A DNA stretch of 64,000 nucleotides, from the NCBI GenBank assembly GCA_033763315.1, contig JANRKS010000007.1, positions 122,073 through 186,072 on the forward strand, in the 5' to 3' direction. This document shows, piece by piece, positions 29,753 through 41,203 of this stretch; position 1 is the first letter of the stretch, and each line of letters opens with the position of its first letter. Source of the stretch: Deltaproteobacteria bacterium (GTDB lineage: Bacteria > Myxococcota_A > Polyangia > Fen-1088). The notes under the pieces were generated by a model, which worked only from the letters and a program-made list of their open reading frames with translations, did not search any database and was not told the origin of the DNA. Both the position numbers and the translations under genes were made by a program.

Positions 29753-31102
29753 ATGCCCGGCACATCTGTTCTTGATCGAGCACGTCTGAAAGCCTACAAG
29801 CGGTTGGTTCCGCTGGTGTTTATCTCGTACGTCGTTGCGTATGTTGATCGCTCCAACGTGTCCATCGCCAAGTTGACGATGGAGCAGGATCTCCCGGGCT
29901 TTGACAACCACGTGTTTGGGTTCGGAGCGGGGGTGTTCTTCCTGGGCTACTTCTTGCTGGAAATTCCGGGCAGCTTACTCGTCGAGAAGTGGAGCGCGCG
30001 CAAGTGGATCAGCCGCATTATGGTGACGTGGGGCTTGTTGGCGGCGTGCACGGCGCTGGTCAAAACGCCAAACCAGTTTTACATCGTGCGGTTCTTATTG
30101 GGCTTGGCGGAAGCGGGGTTCTTTCCGGGCGTGATCGTGTATCTGACCCACTGGTTCACAAGCCGCGATCGTGCGCGCGCGCTGGCTTATTTCTTTGCGG
30201 CGGCTTCGATCGCCCAGATCACAAGCCCTAAGCTCTCCAACCTGCTGATGAAGATCGGCACGTCCGAAACCATCAACGGTGTTTTGGTGACGCACCCCAT
30301 GATCTGGGGCCTCAAAGGCTGGCAGTGGGTCTACATCGCTTGGGGCATTCCCTCGGTGGTGTTGGGTGTGGTCTTGCTGTTCATGTTGACCGATCGGCCG
30401 CGGGAGGCGAAGTGGCTGACAAAGGAAGAGCAAGAAGCCTTAGAGCTTGCGCTTGAGGAAGAGCGCGCCGCGCGCCCCGCGCACATGCACCACATGAGCG
30501 TGTGGAAGGCGCTCACCAACCCGCGGGTGCTGATGTTGGCCGCCGTTTACTTTTGTTCAACCACAGCAAACTATGGTGTTGAATTTTTCATGCCCACGAT
30601 CTTGCAAGCGTGGTACGGCATGAACCGCGGCACCGTCACGTCGTTGATCATCATTCCGCAAACGGTGTTGCTGTTCGTGCAACTGTTTGTGGGCTGGAAC
30701 TCTGACCGCACGCGCGAGCGATGGTGGCACACGGCAACACCGATTCTCGTGGGTGGCGCCGCCATGGCGTTGGCGCCGTGGTCCGGAGGCCAACTGTGGT
30801 TTACGATGCTGTTGCTCACGCTTGGCATGTCGGGCTTTCGTGGCCACATGCCGGCGTTCTGGTCGCTGCCTTCGCTGTTTTTGACGGAAGCCGCCGCCGC
30901 CGGCAGCATTGGTCTCATTAACTCGGTGGGCAACCTGGGTGGCTTCTTAGGGCCGTACGTGATGGGAACCGTGCAAACGAAAACCGGCTCGTTCGCTGGC
31001 GGTATTTACTTTCTTTGCTTCTGCGCGGGCACGGCGGGCGTGATCATGTTGATCATGCGACACCTGCACCGGCGCGATCTGGCACGCGCCCGTGCAAGTT
31101 GA
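29753..31102 (+). CDS. MFS transporter
   Basis: 12-helix hydrophobic pattern; ATG 29753 (MPGTSVLDRARLKAYKRLVPLVFISY...). Confidence 0.75.
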   Translation: MPGTSVLDRARLKAYKRLVPLVFISYVVAYVDRSNVSIAKLTMEQDLPGFDNHVFGFGAGVFFLGYFLLEIPGSLLVEKWSARKWISRIMVTWGLLAACTALVKTPNQFYIVRFLLGLAEAGFFPGVIVYLTHWFTSRDRARALAYFFAAASIAQITSPKLSNLLMKIGTSETINGVLVTHPMIWGLKGWQWVYIAWGIPSVVLGVVLLFMLTDRPREAKWLTKEEQEALELALEEERAARPAHMHHMSVWKALTNPRVLMLAAVYFCSTTANYGVEFFMPTILQAWYGMNRGTVTSLIIIPQTVLLFVQLFVGWNSDRTRERWWHTATPILVGGAAMALAPWSGGQLWFTMLLLTLGMSGFRGHMPAFWSLPSLFLTEAAAAGSIGLINSVGNLGGFLGPYVMGTVQTKTGSFAGGIYFLCFCAGTAGVIMLIMRHLHRRDLARARAS

Positions 31103-31115
31103 TTGCGAGGGCTCG

Positions 31116-33587
31116 CTAGATCATCGGTGGATCCATCTCGCGCTCATGATGGCGATGTCTTGCAATCGCCTCCACGAACGTTGGCAAGGCCTTGTCTGCG
31201 GCCACGTCTCGCCCCAGCAGCAGGCCTGGGTCAGGGTTGCCGGAAGGCAAAGTGGCGGGAACACCCGCGGCTTGCACCAAATCACAACCAGCACCCAACG
31301 CCAGGATGGGTTTGGCGTGGCGGTACTGGTCCTTGATGAATTCAAGCGCGTGCCCTACGCGGCCCAGCAACGTGCTGGCCGCTTTGCCATCGGGCACCAC
31401 AAGCGCGTCGAACAACACGCTGGGCATGGTTTCGAATGTCACCTCCACCTGCAGCGAACCGCCTTCTTCCGTTGTGACCGAGCCAAGGCGCGGCCCCACG
31501 TAACGCGGCACTGCGCCTTGTTCAGTCAGCGCGGCGTGGATGGATGTCACGGTGTCACCGCGGATGCCATCGGCGACCATGATGGCCACCCGTCTCGTCG
31601 CGATGCCGGTCTGGCCAGGCGAGGTGTAAAGCGACAAGGCAGGTGAAGCTTGCACTTCAGACTTCACCGGGCGCTTTAACACCTTCGGCATGGGGGCAGG
31701 CAACGCCATACCGAGGCCGGCGGCCACACTCTTGCCAAGGTTTGCATCTACGTTGAGCAGCATCGACACAACGCGCTCGCGCACGGCAGGCGTTTGCACC
31801 TTGGTGAGCTCGAAGCGGAACGCACGAATGATGTGAGCTTTCTCGACGGCAGATTGGCTGTTGTAGAACAACGTGGCTTGGCTGTAGTGGTCAGCGAAGC
31901 GCTCTGGTTTGCCGCGCACCTTATCGTCATCAATGGGCTCGCGGAACGAGGTGAAGCCCATCTTGCCTGCTTGGAAAGGGCAACCACCGCCGAGCGAGTT
32001 TGGCTCGTACGCCACGCGCCCGCGGTTGATCGCCTGCCGGTGCATGCCATCGCGGTTGTTGTTGTGCACCTGCCGCACGGACGCGTTGATGGGGATCTCA
32101 TGAAAGTTGGGCCCGCCCAAACGCGAGATCTGCGTGTCTTGGTACGAATGAATGCGGCCGGCAAGCAAAGGATCGTTCGAGAAATCGATGCCGGGCACCA
32201 CGTGGGCGGCACAGAACGCCACTTGTTCGGTTTCGGCGAAAAAATTGTCGGGGTTGCGGTTGAGCACCATCTTGCCCACCGGCGTAAGCGGCACAAGTTC
32301 CTCCGGCACCAGCTTGGTGGCGTCGAGCACGTCGAAACTGAACGACTCCGCTTGCGCCTCTGAGAACATCTGAAAGCTCAGCTCGAACTCCGGGTAGGCG
32401 CCGGCTTCGATGGCTTCCCACAAGTCACGGCGGTGAAAGTCGGGATCGGCGCCGCAGATCTTCACGGCTTCATCCCAATCGAGCGAATGGGTGCCCGCCA
32501 GAGGCCGCCAGTGAAATTTCACGAAGGTGGCTTTGCCGTTGGCGTCGATGAGACGGAAGGTATGAACGCCGAACCCATCCATCATGCGATAGCTGCGGGG
32601 TATCGCGCGGTCCGACATGGCCCACAACAACATGTGCGTGGACTCCGGCATCAACGAGACAAAATCCCAGAACGTATCGTGCGCTGTGGCGGCCTGGGGC
32701 ATGGCGAAGTGCGGCTCTGGCTTCGCGGCGTGGACCAAGTCCGGGAACTTCATGGCGTCTTGAATGAAGAACACGGGAATGTTGTTGCCCACCAAATCCC
32801 AGTTGCCCTCGTCCGTATAGAATTTCACGGCAAAACCACGCACGTCACGGACGGTGTCAGCCGAACCACGTTCGCCAACGACGGTGGAAAATCGCGCGAA
32901 CACCGGCGTTCGCTTGCCGGCTTCCGCAAAGATGGAAGCGCGAGTAACCGAGGCCATCGACTTGTAACATTCGAAATAACCATGGGCCGCTGAGCCCCGC
33001 GCGTGCACAACACGTTCAGGAATGCGCTCGTGATCAAACTGCGTGATCTTCTCGCGCAAGATAAAATCTTCAAGTAAGGCAGGACCGCGCAAGCCCGCCT
33101 TGAGAGAGTTTTGGTTGTCAGCGACGGGAACGCCTTGATTGGTCGTTAATATTTGATCGGTGGAATCCGTGCGCACACGATCAAGCGGCAGATTGCCGGG
33201 ATTGAAACTGAGGGTCACGTCGCCCGAACCCACCTTGGTAGAGGACGTCTCTTCGGTGAGCGTGCTGCCCAACACGCGTGGGTGAGGCGCCTTGGCTGTG
33301 GCACCCGTTTGGGGATCGTTCGAGGCTTTGCCGTGCTCGCCCGCCTTGTTTGGATTGAACGGCATGGCAGCGGCGAGTTCATTCACGCCTTGCATTTTCT
33401 CCAGGTACGCATCGCCCGCGGCTTGGCCAGCATCGCTGCGTGCGGGTCCACTAACCGTTGCCCGCGCGCTGGTCGCTGCCGCCGCCGCTTTGCCACTCGT
33501 GTTTTGCGGTGGCCGCTTGGTTGACGTCTTCGTCGCTGCCGCTGCCTTTGTTGCCACCTTCTTGCTCGCCATTTTCTTCGTCGCCAT
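31116..33587 (-). CDS. katE: large-subunit catalase HPII
   Basis: [23 protein letters not shown] catalase active-site motif; 823 aa with C-terminal extra domain typical of large catalases; Lys/Ala-rich N-terminal tail. Confidence 0.85.
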   Translation of the reverse strand: MATKKMASKKVATKAAAATKTSTKRPPQNTSGKAAAAATSARATVSGPARSDAGQAAGDAYLEKMQGVNELAAAMPFNPNKAGEHGKASNDPQTGATAKAPHPRVLGSTLTEETSSTKVGSGDVTLSFNPGNLPLDRVRTDSTDQILTTNQGVPVADNQNSLKAGLRGPALLEDFILREKITQFDHERIPERVVHARGSAAHGYFECYKSMASVTRASIFAEAGKRTPVFARFSTVVGERGSADTVRDVRGFAVKFYTDEGNWDLVGNNIPVFFIQDAMKFPDLVHAAKPEPHFAMPQAATAHDTFWDFVSLMPESTHMLLWAMSDRAIPRSYRMMDGFGVHTFRLIDANGKATFVKFHWRPLAGTHSLDWDEAVKICGADPDFHRRDLWEAIEAGAYPEFELSFQMFSEAQAESFSFDVLDATKLVPEELVPLTPVGKMVLNRNPDNFFAETEQVAFCAAHVVPGIDFSNDPLLAGRIHSYQDTQISRLGGPNFHEIPINASVRQVHNNNRDGMHRQAINRGRVAYEPNSLGGGCPFQAGKMGFTSFREPIDDDKVRGKPERFADHYSQATLFYNSQSAVEKAHIIRAFRFELTKVQTPAVRERVVSMLLNVDANLGKSVAAGLGMALPAPMPKVLKRPVKSEVQASPALSLYTSPGQTGIATRRVAIMVADGIRGDTVTSIHAALTEQGAVPRYVGPRLGSVTTEEGGSLQVEVTFETMPSVLFDALVVPDGKAASTLLGRVGHALEFIKDQYRHAKPILALGAGCDLVQAAGVPATLPSGNPDPGLLLGRDVAADKALPTFVEAIARHRHHEREMDPPMI

Positions 33588-33766
33588 CTTTGCTCCCGTG
33601 AACCGTCACCAACTGCCAACAGACGTTGGCGTGCGGTACCACAGCAAACGACGGGCCAGCGAAAGGCTAACTCTGAATTGTGCGCATGGCGGGCACGCGT
33701 TACGCGGATTGCCGCGACACCGATGTCACGTTACGCGTGGGCCCCAGGGCTCCCCGCTAAGAACGA

Positions 33767-35605
33767 TCAAAGTCTCAGCGGCGCGAGCGGTCCGTCGCTT
33801 GCGCATAAGGCGTCCACACGCGCCAAGACGCGCGGATCTTCAATGAGTGGCGGCGCGTGGTGTGGTTTGACACGTGCATCGATGACGACGCTGCCTGTGC
33901 AGCCCCAGTGTTTATCGGCAACGAACGCCCCAATGCCGCTGACGTCCACGGCGGGGTTTGAGCGCGTGAAGGTGGCCCATAGGAAGTTGTGCATCGTCTT
34001 GCTGACAAACGCGCTGTCATCCACCAGCAACACGAGTGCAAAGCGGTTGATCGGCGCCTGATCGGTGAAGGCGTTGCAAAACAGCTCGCGGACGCGGGCC
34101 GCGTCTTCAGGGAACGTGCATGCAGGAGCCGAGATGGCCAGCACACCCGGCATGCATACGCGCGGATCGTGAAAGCCTGCGGGCAACGCAAGATCCGCGG
34201 GCACTTCGGTTGCCAGACCGCGGATGGGCGACCCGGCGGCGGCGATGATCAGCTTCGAGCCTTGGTTGAGGCCCGTGCCCGAATAATCGAGCGTGTCGAT
34301 CGTGGTGCGCGTTTGAAAGTGCAGATCGCGCCGCGGATCGAAGCGGCACAAAACATGCGAAAAGAACGCGGCCAATTCATGCAAAGCCGGCGGCTTGTCG
34401 TTGTCGTCCACGATTAAGAGATATTTGGCCAGCGACAATTGTCCCTGGCCCAAGATCGCGTTGGCCTGCGTGAGCAGCTCCTGCGGCTCGGTCCGTTTGG
34501 CGTAAGGCGCGTAGCGTTCGCTGCCCACGGCCAACAGCAACGGATGCACACCCGCGGCGTCAACCGCATGCACGCCTTTGACCCCTGGCAACACCGTGGG
34601 GATAAGTGGACCCGTGAGCTCATGAATGAGTTCACCAAACACGGTGTCTTCCTGCGGTGGCCGGCCCACCACAGTGAACGGCCAGATCGCGTTGGTGCGG
34701 TGGTAGACTCGATGCACGCGCAGCACGGGAAAATCGTGGGTCATGCTGTAGTAACCCAAGTGATCGCCGAACGGCCCCTCGGGCTTGCGAACATTTGGCT
34801 CGATCTCGCCCACGATGCAGAAATCAGCCTCGGCGTGCGCGAAGATCGAGCCTTTCTGCGGCGCCATCCTCACGCGACGGCGGTTCAAAGCGCCTGCGAA
34901 TGAAAGTTCCGACATGCCCTCAGGCAGCGGCATCACCGCGGCCACCGTCATGGCTGGTGGGCCCCCGACAAAAATGCACGCCTTGAGGTTCTGCCCCGCC
35001 GCCATCGCTGCGCTGTGATGCACACCGATGCCGCGATGGATCTGGTAGTGCAGGCCCACCTCTTTGTTGCTCTCGTAGTTATTGCCACCAAGCTGCACCC
35101 GGTACATACCCAGGTTGCTGTGAGCGAGGCCCGGACGCGTTGGATCTTCGGTGAACACTTGTGGCAGCGTGATGAAAGGTCCGCCGTCTTGTGGCCAGCT
35201 CACCAATTGCGGCAGCTCGGTCACGCTCACCTGGTTGGCAAACACGGGGCCGCCATCCACCTTCTTGGGCAACAGCGACAGCGCCGAGAAGGGCACGCCC
35301 GCATAGCGGAAAGGCCGGCGCCAAAACGCGCCTGGATCCACTTTAAGTTCAACCAAGCGCCGCACGGGTGGAAGTGCGTCGCGAAAAATGTAGCGCGCGC
35401 GTTCGATTGTGCCGAACAGGTTGCTCACCATGGGAAAGCGGCAGCCTTTGACACGCGGGAAGTAAAGCGCCGGACCGCTGGCCCGATAGACGCGGCGCTG
35501 GATCTCCGCCATCTCCAAATGAGGATCAATCTCGTGCTCCACGCGGAACAGCTGCCCCGTGCGGGACAGATCTTCTACGCAGGCCGAAAGTGAAGCGTAA
35601 CCCAT
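33767..35605 (-). CDS. UbiD-family (prFMN-dependent) decarboxylase
   Basis: N-terminal LFRVEHEIDPHLEMAEIQRRV..GPALYF UbiD signature; 612 aa. Confidence 0.75.
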   Translation of the reverse strand: MGYASLSACVEDLSRTGQLFRVEHEIDPHLEMAEIQRRVYRASGPALYFPRVKGCRFPMVSNLFGTIERARYIFRDALPPVRRLVELKVDPGAFWRRPFRYAGVPFSALSLLPKKVDGGPVFANQVSVTELPQLVSWPQDGGPFITLPQVFTEDPTRPGLAHSNLGMYRVQLGGNNYESNKEVGLHYQIHRGIGVHHSAAMAAGQNLKACIFVGGPPAMTVAAVMPLPEGMSELSFAGALNRRRVRMAPQKGSIFAHAEADFCIVGEIEPNVRKPEGPFGDHLGYYSMTHDFPVLRVHRVYHRTNAIWPFTVVGRPPQEDTVFGELIHELTGPLIPTVLPGVKGVHAVDAAGVHPLLLAVGSERYAPYAKRTEPQELLTQANAILGQGQLSLAKYLLIVDDNDKPPALHELAAFFSHVLCRFDPRRDLHFQTRTTIDTLDYSGTGLNQGSKLIIAAAGSPIRGLATEVPADLALPAGFHDPRVCMPGVLAISAPACTFPEDAARVRELFCNAFTDQAPINRFALVLLVDDSAFVSKTMHNFLWATFTRSNPAVDVSGIGAFVADKHWGCTGSVVIDARVKPHHAPPLIEDPRVLARVDALCASDGPLAPLRL

Positions 35606-35638
35606 AGCTGTGAGCGCGAAGTTTGATGCGCGTGCGGC

Positions 35639-37900
35639 TTACGTCGCTTCAAACCACAGCACGCCCAACGGCGGCAACGTGATCTCCGCCGAACAAGGGA
35701 AGCCATGGTGAGGCACGTTTTGCGCCACCACACCCCCGGCGTTACCCACGTTGCTGCCGCCCCATACGGCCGCGTCGGTGTTCATGACTTCACGGTAGTT
35801 GCCGCCGCGAGGCAAGCCCAAGCGGTATCCGAAGCGAGGCACGGGAGCGAAGTTGCCCACGCACACCAGCAGCCGATCGGTTGTGGTGGATTTGCGCACG
35901 AACGCGATCACGTTGTCATCGGCCGAATGCGAATCGATCCATTGAAATCCTTCGGGACCAAAATCACTGTCCCACAACGCGGGTTCAGCGCGATAGGCAC
36001 GGTTCAGATCAGCCACCAGCCATTGCAGGCCTTTGTGATCGTCGCCGTACAACACGTGCCAGTCCAAACTTTGGTTGTGCTTCCACTCTTGCCATTGGCC
36101 AATCTCTTGGCCCATGAACAGCAGCTTCTTGCCTGGGTGGGCCCACATATAGCCGTAAAGCGCGCGAAGGTTGGCGAACTTTTGCCACCGGTCGCCCGGC
36201 ATTTTGTCGAGCATCGAGCCTTTGCCATGCACAACTTCGTCGTGCGAAAACGGCAGCACAAAGTTTTCGCTCCAGGCGTAGACCAAACCAAACGTGAGAT
36301 CGTTGTGATGGTAACGACGGTAGACCGAATCTTTCGAGAAATACGAAAGCGTGTCGTGCATCCAGCCCATGTTCCACTTGAAACCGAAACCCAAGCCGCC
36401 GAGGTAACTTGGGCGGCTGACGCCCGGCCACGCCGTTGATTCTTCGGCCACCATCAACACGCCCGGATGATCACGGTGGATCACTTCGTTGAGTTCGCGC
36501 AGGAAACCCACGGCTTCCAAGTTCTCGCGACCGCCGTATTGGTTCGGCACCCACTCGCCTTCTTTGCGGCTGTAGTCGAGGTAAAGCATCGACGCCACCG
36601 CGTCCACGCGCAAGCCATCGATGTGGAACCGATCAAAGAAGGAAATGGCGCTTGCGATCAAAAAGTTGCGCACTTCGCGGCGGCCGAAATTGAATACGAA
36701 CGTGCCCCAGTCAGGGTGCTCGCCTTGGCGTGCATCTAAGTGTTCGAACAAAGCCGTTCCATCGAAGCGGCCCAAGGCAAATTCGTCTTTGGGAAAATGA
36801 GCGGGCACCCAATCCACCAGCACGCCGAAGCCGCGTTGGTGCAAGTAATCCACGAAAAACTTGAAATCATCGGGCGTGCCGAAGCGGCACGTGGGCGCAA
36901 AATACCCCGTGACTTGATACCCCCACGAACCGTCGAAGGGGTGCTCGAACACAGGCAAAAGTTCAACGTGGGTAAAGCCCATCTGGCCAAGGTAATCGGC
37001 CACCTGCGGGGCCAAGTCGCGGTAGTTCAACACACGATTGTCATCGCCGCGGCGCCACGAGCCCAGGTGCATTTCGTAAATTGAAAGCGGCGCCTTCCAC
37101 GGATTGGCCGCGGAGCGTTTGGCCATCCAGGCATCGTCACCGAACGCATACGACGACTTCCATACCACCGAAGCGTTGTGAGGTGGGTGATCGGCGTATT
37201 GAGCATAGGGATCGGCCTTGAGCACGATGCCGCCGCCCGCTTTGCGAATCTCGAATTTATAGTGCGTCCCCACGCCCACGTCGGGAACGAACAATTCCCA
37301 AATGCCTGAGCCGCCCAAGAGGCGCATCGGGTGAATGCGCCCATCCCAACCGTTGAAGTCGGCCACCACACTTACGCCGCGCGCGTTTGGCGCCCACACA
37401 GTGAAGGCCACGCCCCATTGTTCACCCAAACGCACAACATGCGCGCCCATCTTGTCGTAGATGCGCTCATGGCGGCCTTCGCCGATGAGGTGCAGATCCA
37501 ATTCGCCGAGCGTGGGCAAAAAGCAGTAGGGATCGGTTTGTTCGTGGCTTGAGCCGTCGCGGTAGCGCAGACGTAAGCGGTAACCAAACACCTCGGTGCG
37601 GCCTGGCACCTCAGCTGCAAACAAGCCCGCGTCGTGCACTTTCCGCAATGGAACCACGCCCAGGCCATCGGCAACCACGCTCACTTCCAGCGCGTGCGGT
37701 TGAAACACCCGGACCACGACGCCCGTTGGCGTCACATGCGCCCCCAACAAACTGTGCGGGTCGTGATGCTCGAGCGACAAAAAGCGATCAAGTTCAGCGG
37801 CTGAAATACCAGCAATCAACTTATCAGCAGAGGCGAGCGCGGTGGTCATGATCGAAGTCCTGAAAGAGGGAGCCACAGGAAGAGTATCAGGCAGAGGCAA
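35639..37900 (-). CDS. glgB: 1,4-alpha-glucan branching enzyme (GH13 with CBM48)
   Basis: GFRVDAVASM, EESTAWP and FSHDEVVHGK GH13 regions; 753 aa; start may instead be ATG 37849. Confidence 0.85.
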   Translation of the reverse strand: MPLPDTLPVAPSFRTSIMTTALASADKLIAGISAAELDRFLSLEHHDPHSLLGAHVTPTGVVVRVFQPHALEVSVVADGLGVVPLRKVHDAGLFAAEVPGRTEVFGYRLRLRYRDGSSHEQTDPYCFLPTLGELDLHLIGEGRHERIYDKMGAHVVRLGEQWGVAFTVWAPNARGVSVVADFNGWDGRIHPMRLLGGSGIWELFVPDVGVGTHYKFEIRKAGGGIVLKADPYAQYADHPPHNASVVWKSSYAFGDDAWMAKRSAANPWKAPLSIYEMHLGSWRRGDDNRVLNYRDLAPQVADYLGQMGFTHVELLPVFEHPFDGSWGYQVTGYFAPTCRFGTPDDFKFFVDYLHQRGFGVLVDWVPAHFPKDEFALGRFDGTALFEHLDARQGEHPDWGTFVFNFGRREVRNFLIASAISFFDRFHIDGLRVDAVASMLYLDYSRKEGEWVPNQYGGRENLEAVGFLRELNEVIHRDHPGVLMVAEESTAWPGVSRPSYLGGLGFGFKWNMGWMHDTLSYFSKDSVYRRYHHNDLTFGLVYAWSENFVLPFSHDEVVHGKGSMLDKMPGDRWQKFANLRALYGYMWAHPGKKLLFMGQEIGQWQEWKHNQSLDWHVLYGDDHKGLQWLVADLNRAYRAEPALWDSDFGPEGFQWIDSHSADDNVIAFVRKSTTTDRLLVCVGNFAPVPRFGYRLGLPRGGNYREVMNTDAAVWGGSNVGNAGGVVAQNVPHHGFPCSAEITLPPLGVLWFEAT

Positions 37901-37911
37901 CCCGCGGCCGT

Positions 37912-40332
37912 TTAACTGGGCTGTTTCACGCCCACGGCCCTGGCCAACGTCGATAAAGCTGGCATCCAGTCAGGGTGGGAGCGGAAACCAAGGTAAACCA
38001 ACTCTTGTGCACGCCCCAGATTGGGCTTGAGACCCAAGGCGTCGCTCAACTGCGCCAGTGACGTGGCGGCAGCGAAGCGCTCTTGTGACGGATCGGCCAG
38101 CGCGCCCGAAACCACGTCGGCCAGCGTGCGGCCAAACAAACGGCCGGCTTTGCTAGTGTCGATCTTGTAGCCGCGGCGTTTGACTTCGGCGGCGATTTGC
38201 AGCGCGCGTTCATACGCCTGCGGATCGAAGCTGCCATGCGCGCGCCGAATTTCTTCCTCGAAGCGCTTGCCCAGCGTGAACTCCGCGGCGCGCACCAACT
38301 CCTCGGGCAATTCTAAGCCTGCCTCTTGCAACATATCCAAGATGCGTTGATTGCTCTCAAACATCGCCACATACTGCTGCGAAAACCGCGTGACGATGTT
38401 GCCATACACAAGTTCTGAGATGCGATGTTGGCCCTCTTCCAAGATCGTCTCAAGGCCGAAATCCTCGGGGCCCATGGATTCCTGAATCAAGCGCAACAAA
38501 CGCGGCAGCGTGGCGGTGCGATACGCGCTCCAGATCTTCTGGGTGTTGTTGGTGAATGCCTGACCGCCTGGGTAAGGTTGGCACACGCAGTAAAAGTCCA
38601 CGCCGCCCATGTGCACGGCCGCGAAGCCCCAATCTGTGAGCCGCCCTGAGGGAATGTCTTCAAGCTCCAAACGCCCCGTGGCCAGCGTGAGACGGCCGTG
38701 GCGGTTCTTCTGAAACGAAGTGCGGCAATAGCGATAACCCGCCACACTGCCTTCGCCGGGTTCGTCCTCCACCAAGCTCATGATGCCCAAGTGTGCAGCC
38801 ACTCGATGCATCGACACACGCAGCGGCTCCACCCACTTGCGGTAAATCTCGGCGCCGTTGCCGTGCTCAGGCACGTTGCTCTTGGCCTCGGCCAACTTCT
38901 TCATGAAAGCCTCACGGGGGCTTTCGATGCCCAACGCATCCATGTGATCGAACACCCGCTCGGCGTACTTCATGATCTGCACGGTCTCGATGCCCGATAG
39001 ATCTGCGAAGAACCAGCCACAGCTTGTGTACATCAACATGGCGTTGCGCTGCATCTCCAGCAGCGACAACGCGCGTTCACGTTCGCGTGTCGTAAGCACA
39101 CGCGCCTGATGCTGTTGCAGCCACGCTTCACGCGAGCGGCTGCGATCGAGAACCAACTCGATATAATCGTTGCGCGCTTGCCATGGATCCGTAAACAGCT
39201 CGCGGCCTTCGGTGTCGAAGCGTTCGGCAGCGGCGTCGCGCAAAATGTCCAACGCCTGCCGCAACGGTTGGCGCCACGCCTGGTTCCAGCCCTGTTGTGC
39301 GCCTGTATTGCAGCCACAATCGCGATACCAGCGGCCCACGCCGTGCGCGCAACTCCACGCCGTGCCCTCACCGTTCGGCCCCGGCTTGATCATCGCCTCC
39401 ATCGTCGGCGGGTTCTTCTCGATAAACGCACCATAGTTGGTGACCTCGAAGCCCTGGGCTTGCGCTTGGTGCACAAGCGCGTGCGCCAAGGCAAGTTCCG
39501 CAAACTTGGTGTGGTGGCCATAACTTTCGCCATCCGTGGCGATGTGAACCAACTTGGTCTCTGCGTTTGCGCCCATCGACAAGCGCGTGATCAGCGCTTG
39601 GCTTGAAGCCAGCGCACCCTCGAACGCAATCGATCGCGACTTGGGCCCGTCATAGAAAAACAACGCAATCGATCGTCCAGATCCGTCTTTGTGAAAGTAG
39701 CGGTAGGGCATGGAAGGATCCACGCTGCCGTCGCCCACGTAGCGCCACGAATGCTGAGAAGATTTGCCGTCGTCGGCCAAGGGACGCACCTGCTCGGCTT
39801 GGTGCGGAGACAAAATCACGTAGACCATGCCCTCGTCAATCAATGTGCCCAGCGTCTCATCGTTGCAGGCCGTTTCAGGCAACCACAACGATTCAGGCTT
39901 GCGGCCAAAGCGGTGCACGAAATCAGCGATGCCCCAGCGCACCTGGGTGATCCTGTCTCGCTCGTTGCACAAAGGCAGAATCGTGTGGTTGTAACCTTGC
40001 GCGATGGCGCTCCCGTGGCCCCACCGCTGGGCGCTTTGGCGGTCGGCTTCAAGCACCCGCAAATACGTGGCCGGGTGCCGCGTCTGCAACCACGACAGCA
40101 GCGTCGGCCCGAAGTTGAAGCTCAAAAATGAGTAGTTGTTGACGATCTTTTCGATGTACCCAAAATCGCCCACCACCCGGGCGAAGGCGTTCGGCCGATA
40201 ACATTCGTGGTAAATGCGCTCGTTCCAGTCATGTTCTGGATAGGCGCTGGGCTCTCTGTCAACGTTGCCCGTCCACGGGTTTTCCCGAGGCGGTTGGTAA
40301 AAATGGCCGTGAATCACAAGCGCAGTCGACAT
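37912..40332 (-). CDS. glycoside hydrolase family 57 protein (alpha-glucan active)
   Basis: N-terminal LVIHGHFYQPPRE GH57 region; 806 aa; 11-nt gap to glgB. Confidence 0.75.
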   Translation of the reverse strand: MSTALVIHGHFYQPPRENPWTGNVDREPSAYPEHDWNERIYHECYRPNAFARVVGDFGYIEKIVNNYSFLSFNFGPTLLSWLQTRHPATYLRVLEADRQSAQRWGHGSAIAQGYNHTILPLCNERDRITQVRWGIADFVHRFGRKPESLWLPETACNDETLGTLIDEGMVYVILSPHQAEQVRPLADDGKSSQHSWRYVGDGSVDPSMPYRYFHKDGSGRSIALFFYDGPKSRSIAFEGALASSQALITRLSMGANAETKLVHIATDGESYGHHTKFAELALAHALVHQAQAQGFEVTNYGAFIEKNPPTMEAMIKPGPNGEGTAWSCAHGVGRWYRDCGCNTGAQQGWNQAWRQPLRQALDILRDAAAERFDTEGRELFTDPWQARNDYIELVLDRSRSREAWLQQHQARVLTTRERERALSLLEMQRNAMLMYTSCGWFFADLSGIETVQIMKYAERVFDHMDALGIESPREAFMKKLAEAKSNVPEHGNGAEIYRKWVEPLRVSMHRVAAHLGIMSLVEDEPGEGSVAGYRYCRTSFQKNRHGRLTLATGRLELEDIPSGRLTDWGFAAVHMGGVDFYCVCQPYPGGQAFTNNTQKIWSAYRTATLPRLLRLIQESMGPEDFGLETILEEGQHRISELVYGNIVTRFSQQYVAMFESNQRILDMLQEAGLELPEELVRAAEFTLGKRFEEEIRRAHGSFDPQAYERALQIAAEVKRRGYKIDTSKAGRLFGRTLADVVSGALADPSQERFAAATSLAQLSDALGLKPNLGRAQELVYLGFRSHPDWMPALSTLARAVGVKQPS

Positions 40333-40428
40333 TGGGGCGAGATTACCCCACGCGTGAACACTCGCCTACCCACGCGCCGCGAAAACACGCGAATTCACGC
40401 GCAATGTTTCGCCTTCACGGCAGTCAAA

Positions 40429-40466
40429 CCTTGACAGACACAGACCCAGGGTAAAAGGATGTCAAG
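40429..40466. promoter_or_regulatory. candidate promoter/operator in front of the tetR-family gene: TTGACA box and inverted repeat CTTGACA-N24-TGTCAAG
   Basis: TTGACA at 40431-40436, TAAAAG 15 nt downstream; 7-bp inverted arms at 40429-40435 and 40460-40466. Confidence 0.3.
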
Positions 40467-40471
40467 TTACA

Positions 40472-41152
40472 GTGTCAGGAGCCCACGAATTGTCAGCCGA
40501 CGATAAAACCGAGAATTTGGGGCGACGCGAACGGCGCAAGCAACAAACACGGCGTGCGCTGCTTGACGCGGCCATGGAATTGTTCGCCGATCGGGGCCTT
40601 TACGCAACCCGCCTTGAGGACATCACCGAGCGGGCCGACCTGGGCAAAGGCGCCTTCTACAACTACTTCGAGTCGAAGGACGCGCTGATTGCGGAGCTCA
40701 TTTCCGAGGGCGTCCAGCGCGTTTCCGACAACCTCGAAAACATTGACCGCAGCGGCACTTTCAAAGAGCGCGTGGCCTTCGTGGCACAAGAACACGAACG
40801 CTTCTTTGACGAGCACCCCGAACAAATCGTTTTGTTCCACCAGGCGCGCGGCCTTCTGAAGGTGAAGTCGCAAGGGACAAGCCGCTTGCGCAACGCCTTC
40901 GCGAGCTATTTACTGATGATTGGCGCGGCTTTGTGGGGTCCCGAGTGCGTGGAGTTGGCCGGCGAGGTGGAAGAGCGCCGGCTGGACACCGCCACCGCAC
41001 TGGTGGGTGCCATCGCCGGTTATCGTTCGTTCCGCATGGCTGTGGGGGCCCCGGTTAAAGCCGAGACCATCGTGGGCATGTTGACGTCCGGCTTGCCCGA
41101 CGACGCGTCTGTGGGCTCTATCGTGTCGGTGAACGCGAAAAGGCCCGCCTAG
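40472..41152 (+). CDS. TetR-family transcriptional regulator
   Basis: N-terminal HTH RRALLDAAMELFADRGLYATRLEDITERADLGKGAFYNYF. Confidence 0.8.
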   Translation: MSGAHELSADDKTENLGRRERRKQQTRRALLDAAMELFADRGLYATRLEDITERADLGKGAFYNYFESKDALIAELISEGVQRVSDNLENIDRSGTFKERVAFVAQEHERFFDEHPEQIVLFHQARGLLKVKSQGTSRLRNAFASYLLMIGAALWGPECVELAGEVEERRLDTATALVGAIAGYRSFRMAVGAPVKAETIVGMLTSGLPDDASVGSIVSVNAKRPA

Positions 41153-41203
41153 GCAGACCCGACTAGAGACACAGCGCGGGCCCTGGCGTTAGGCTGCAGG
41201 CCC

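Noticed and set aside
31092-31646. 184-aa plus-strand ORF
   Set aside because: Antisense within katE
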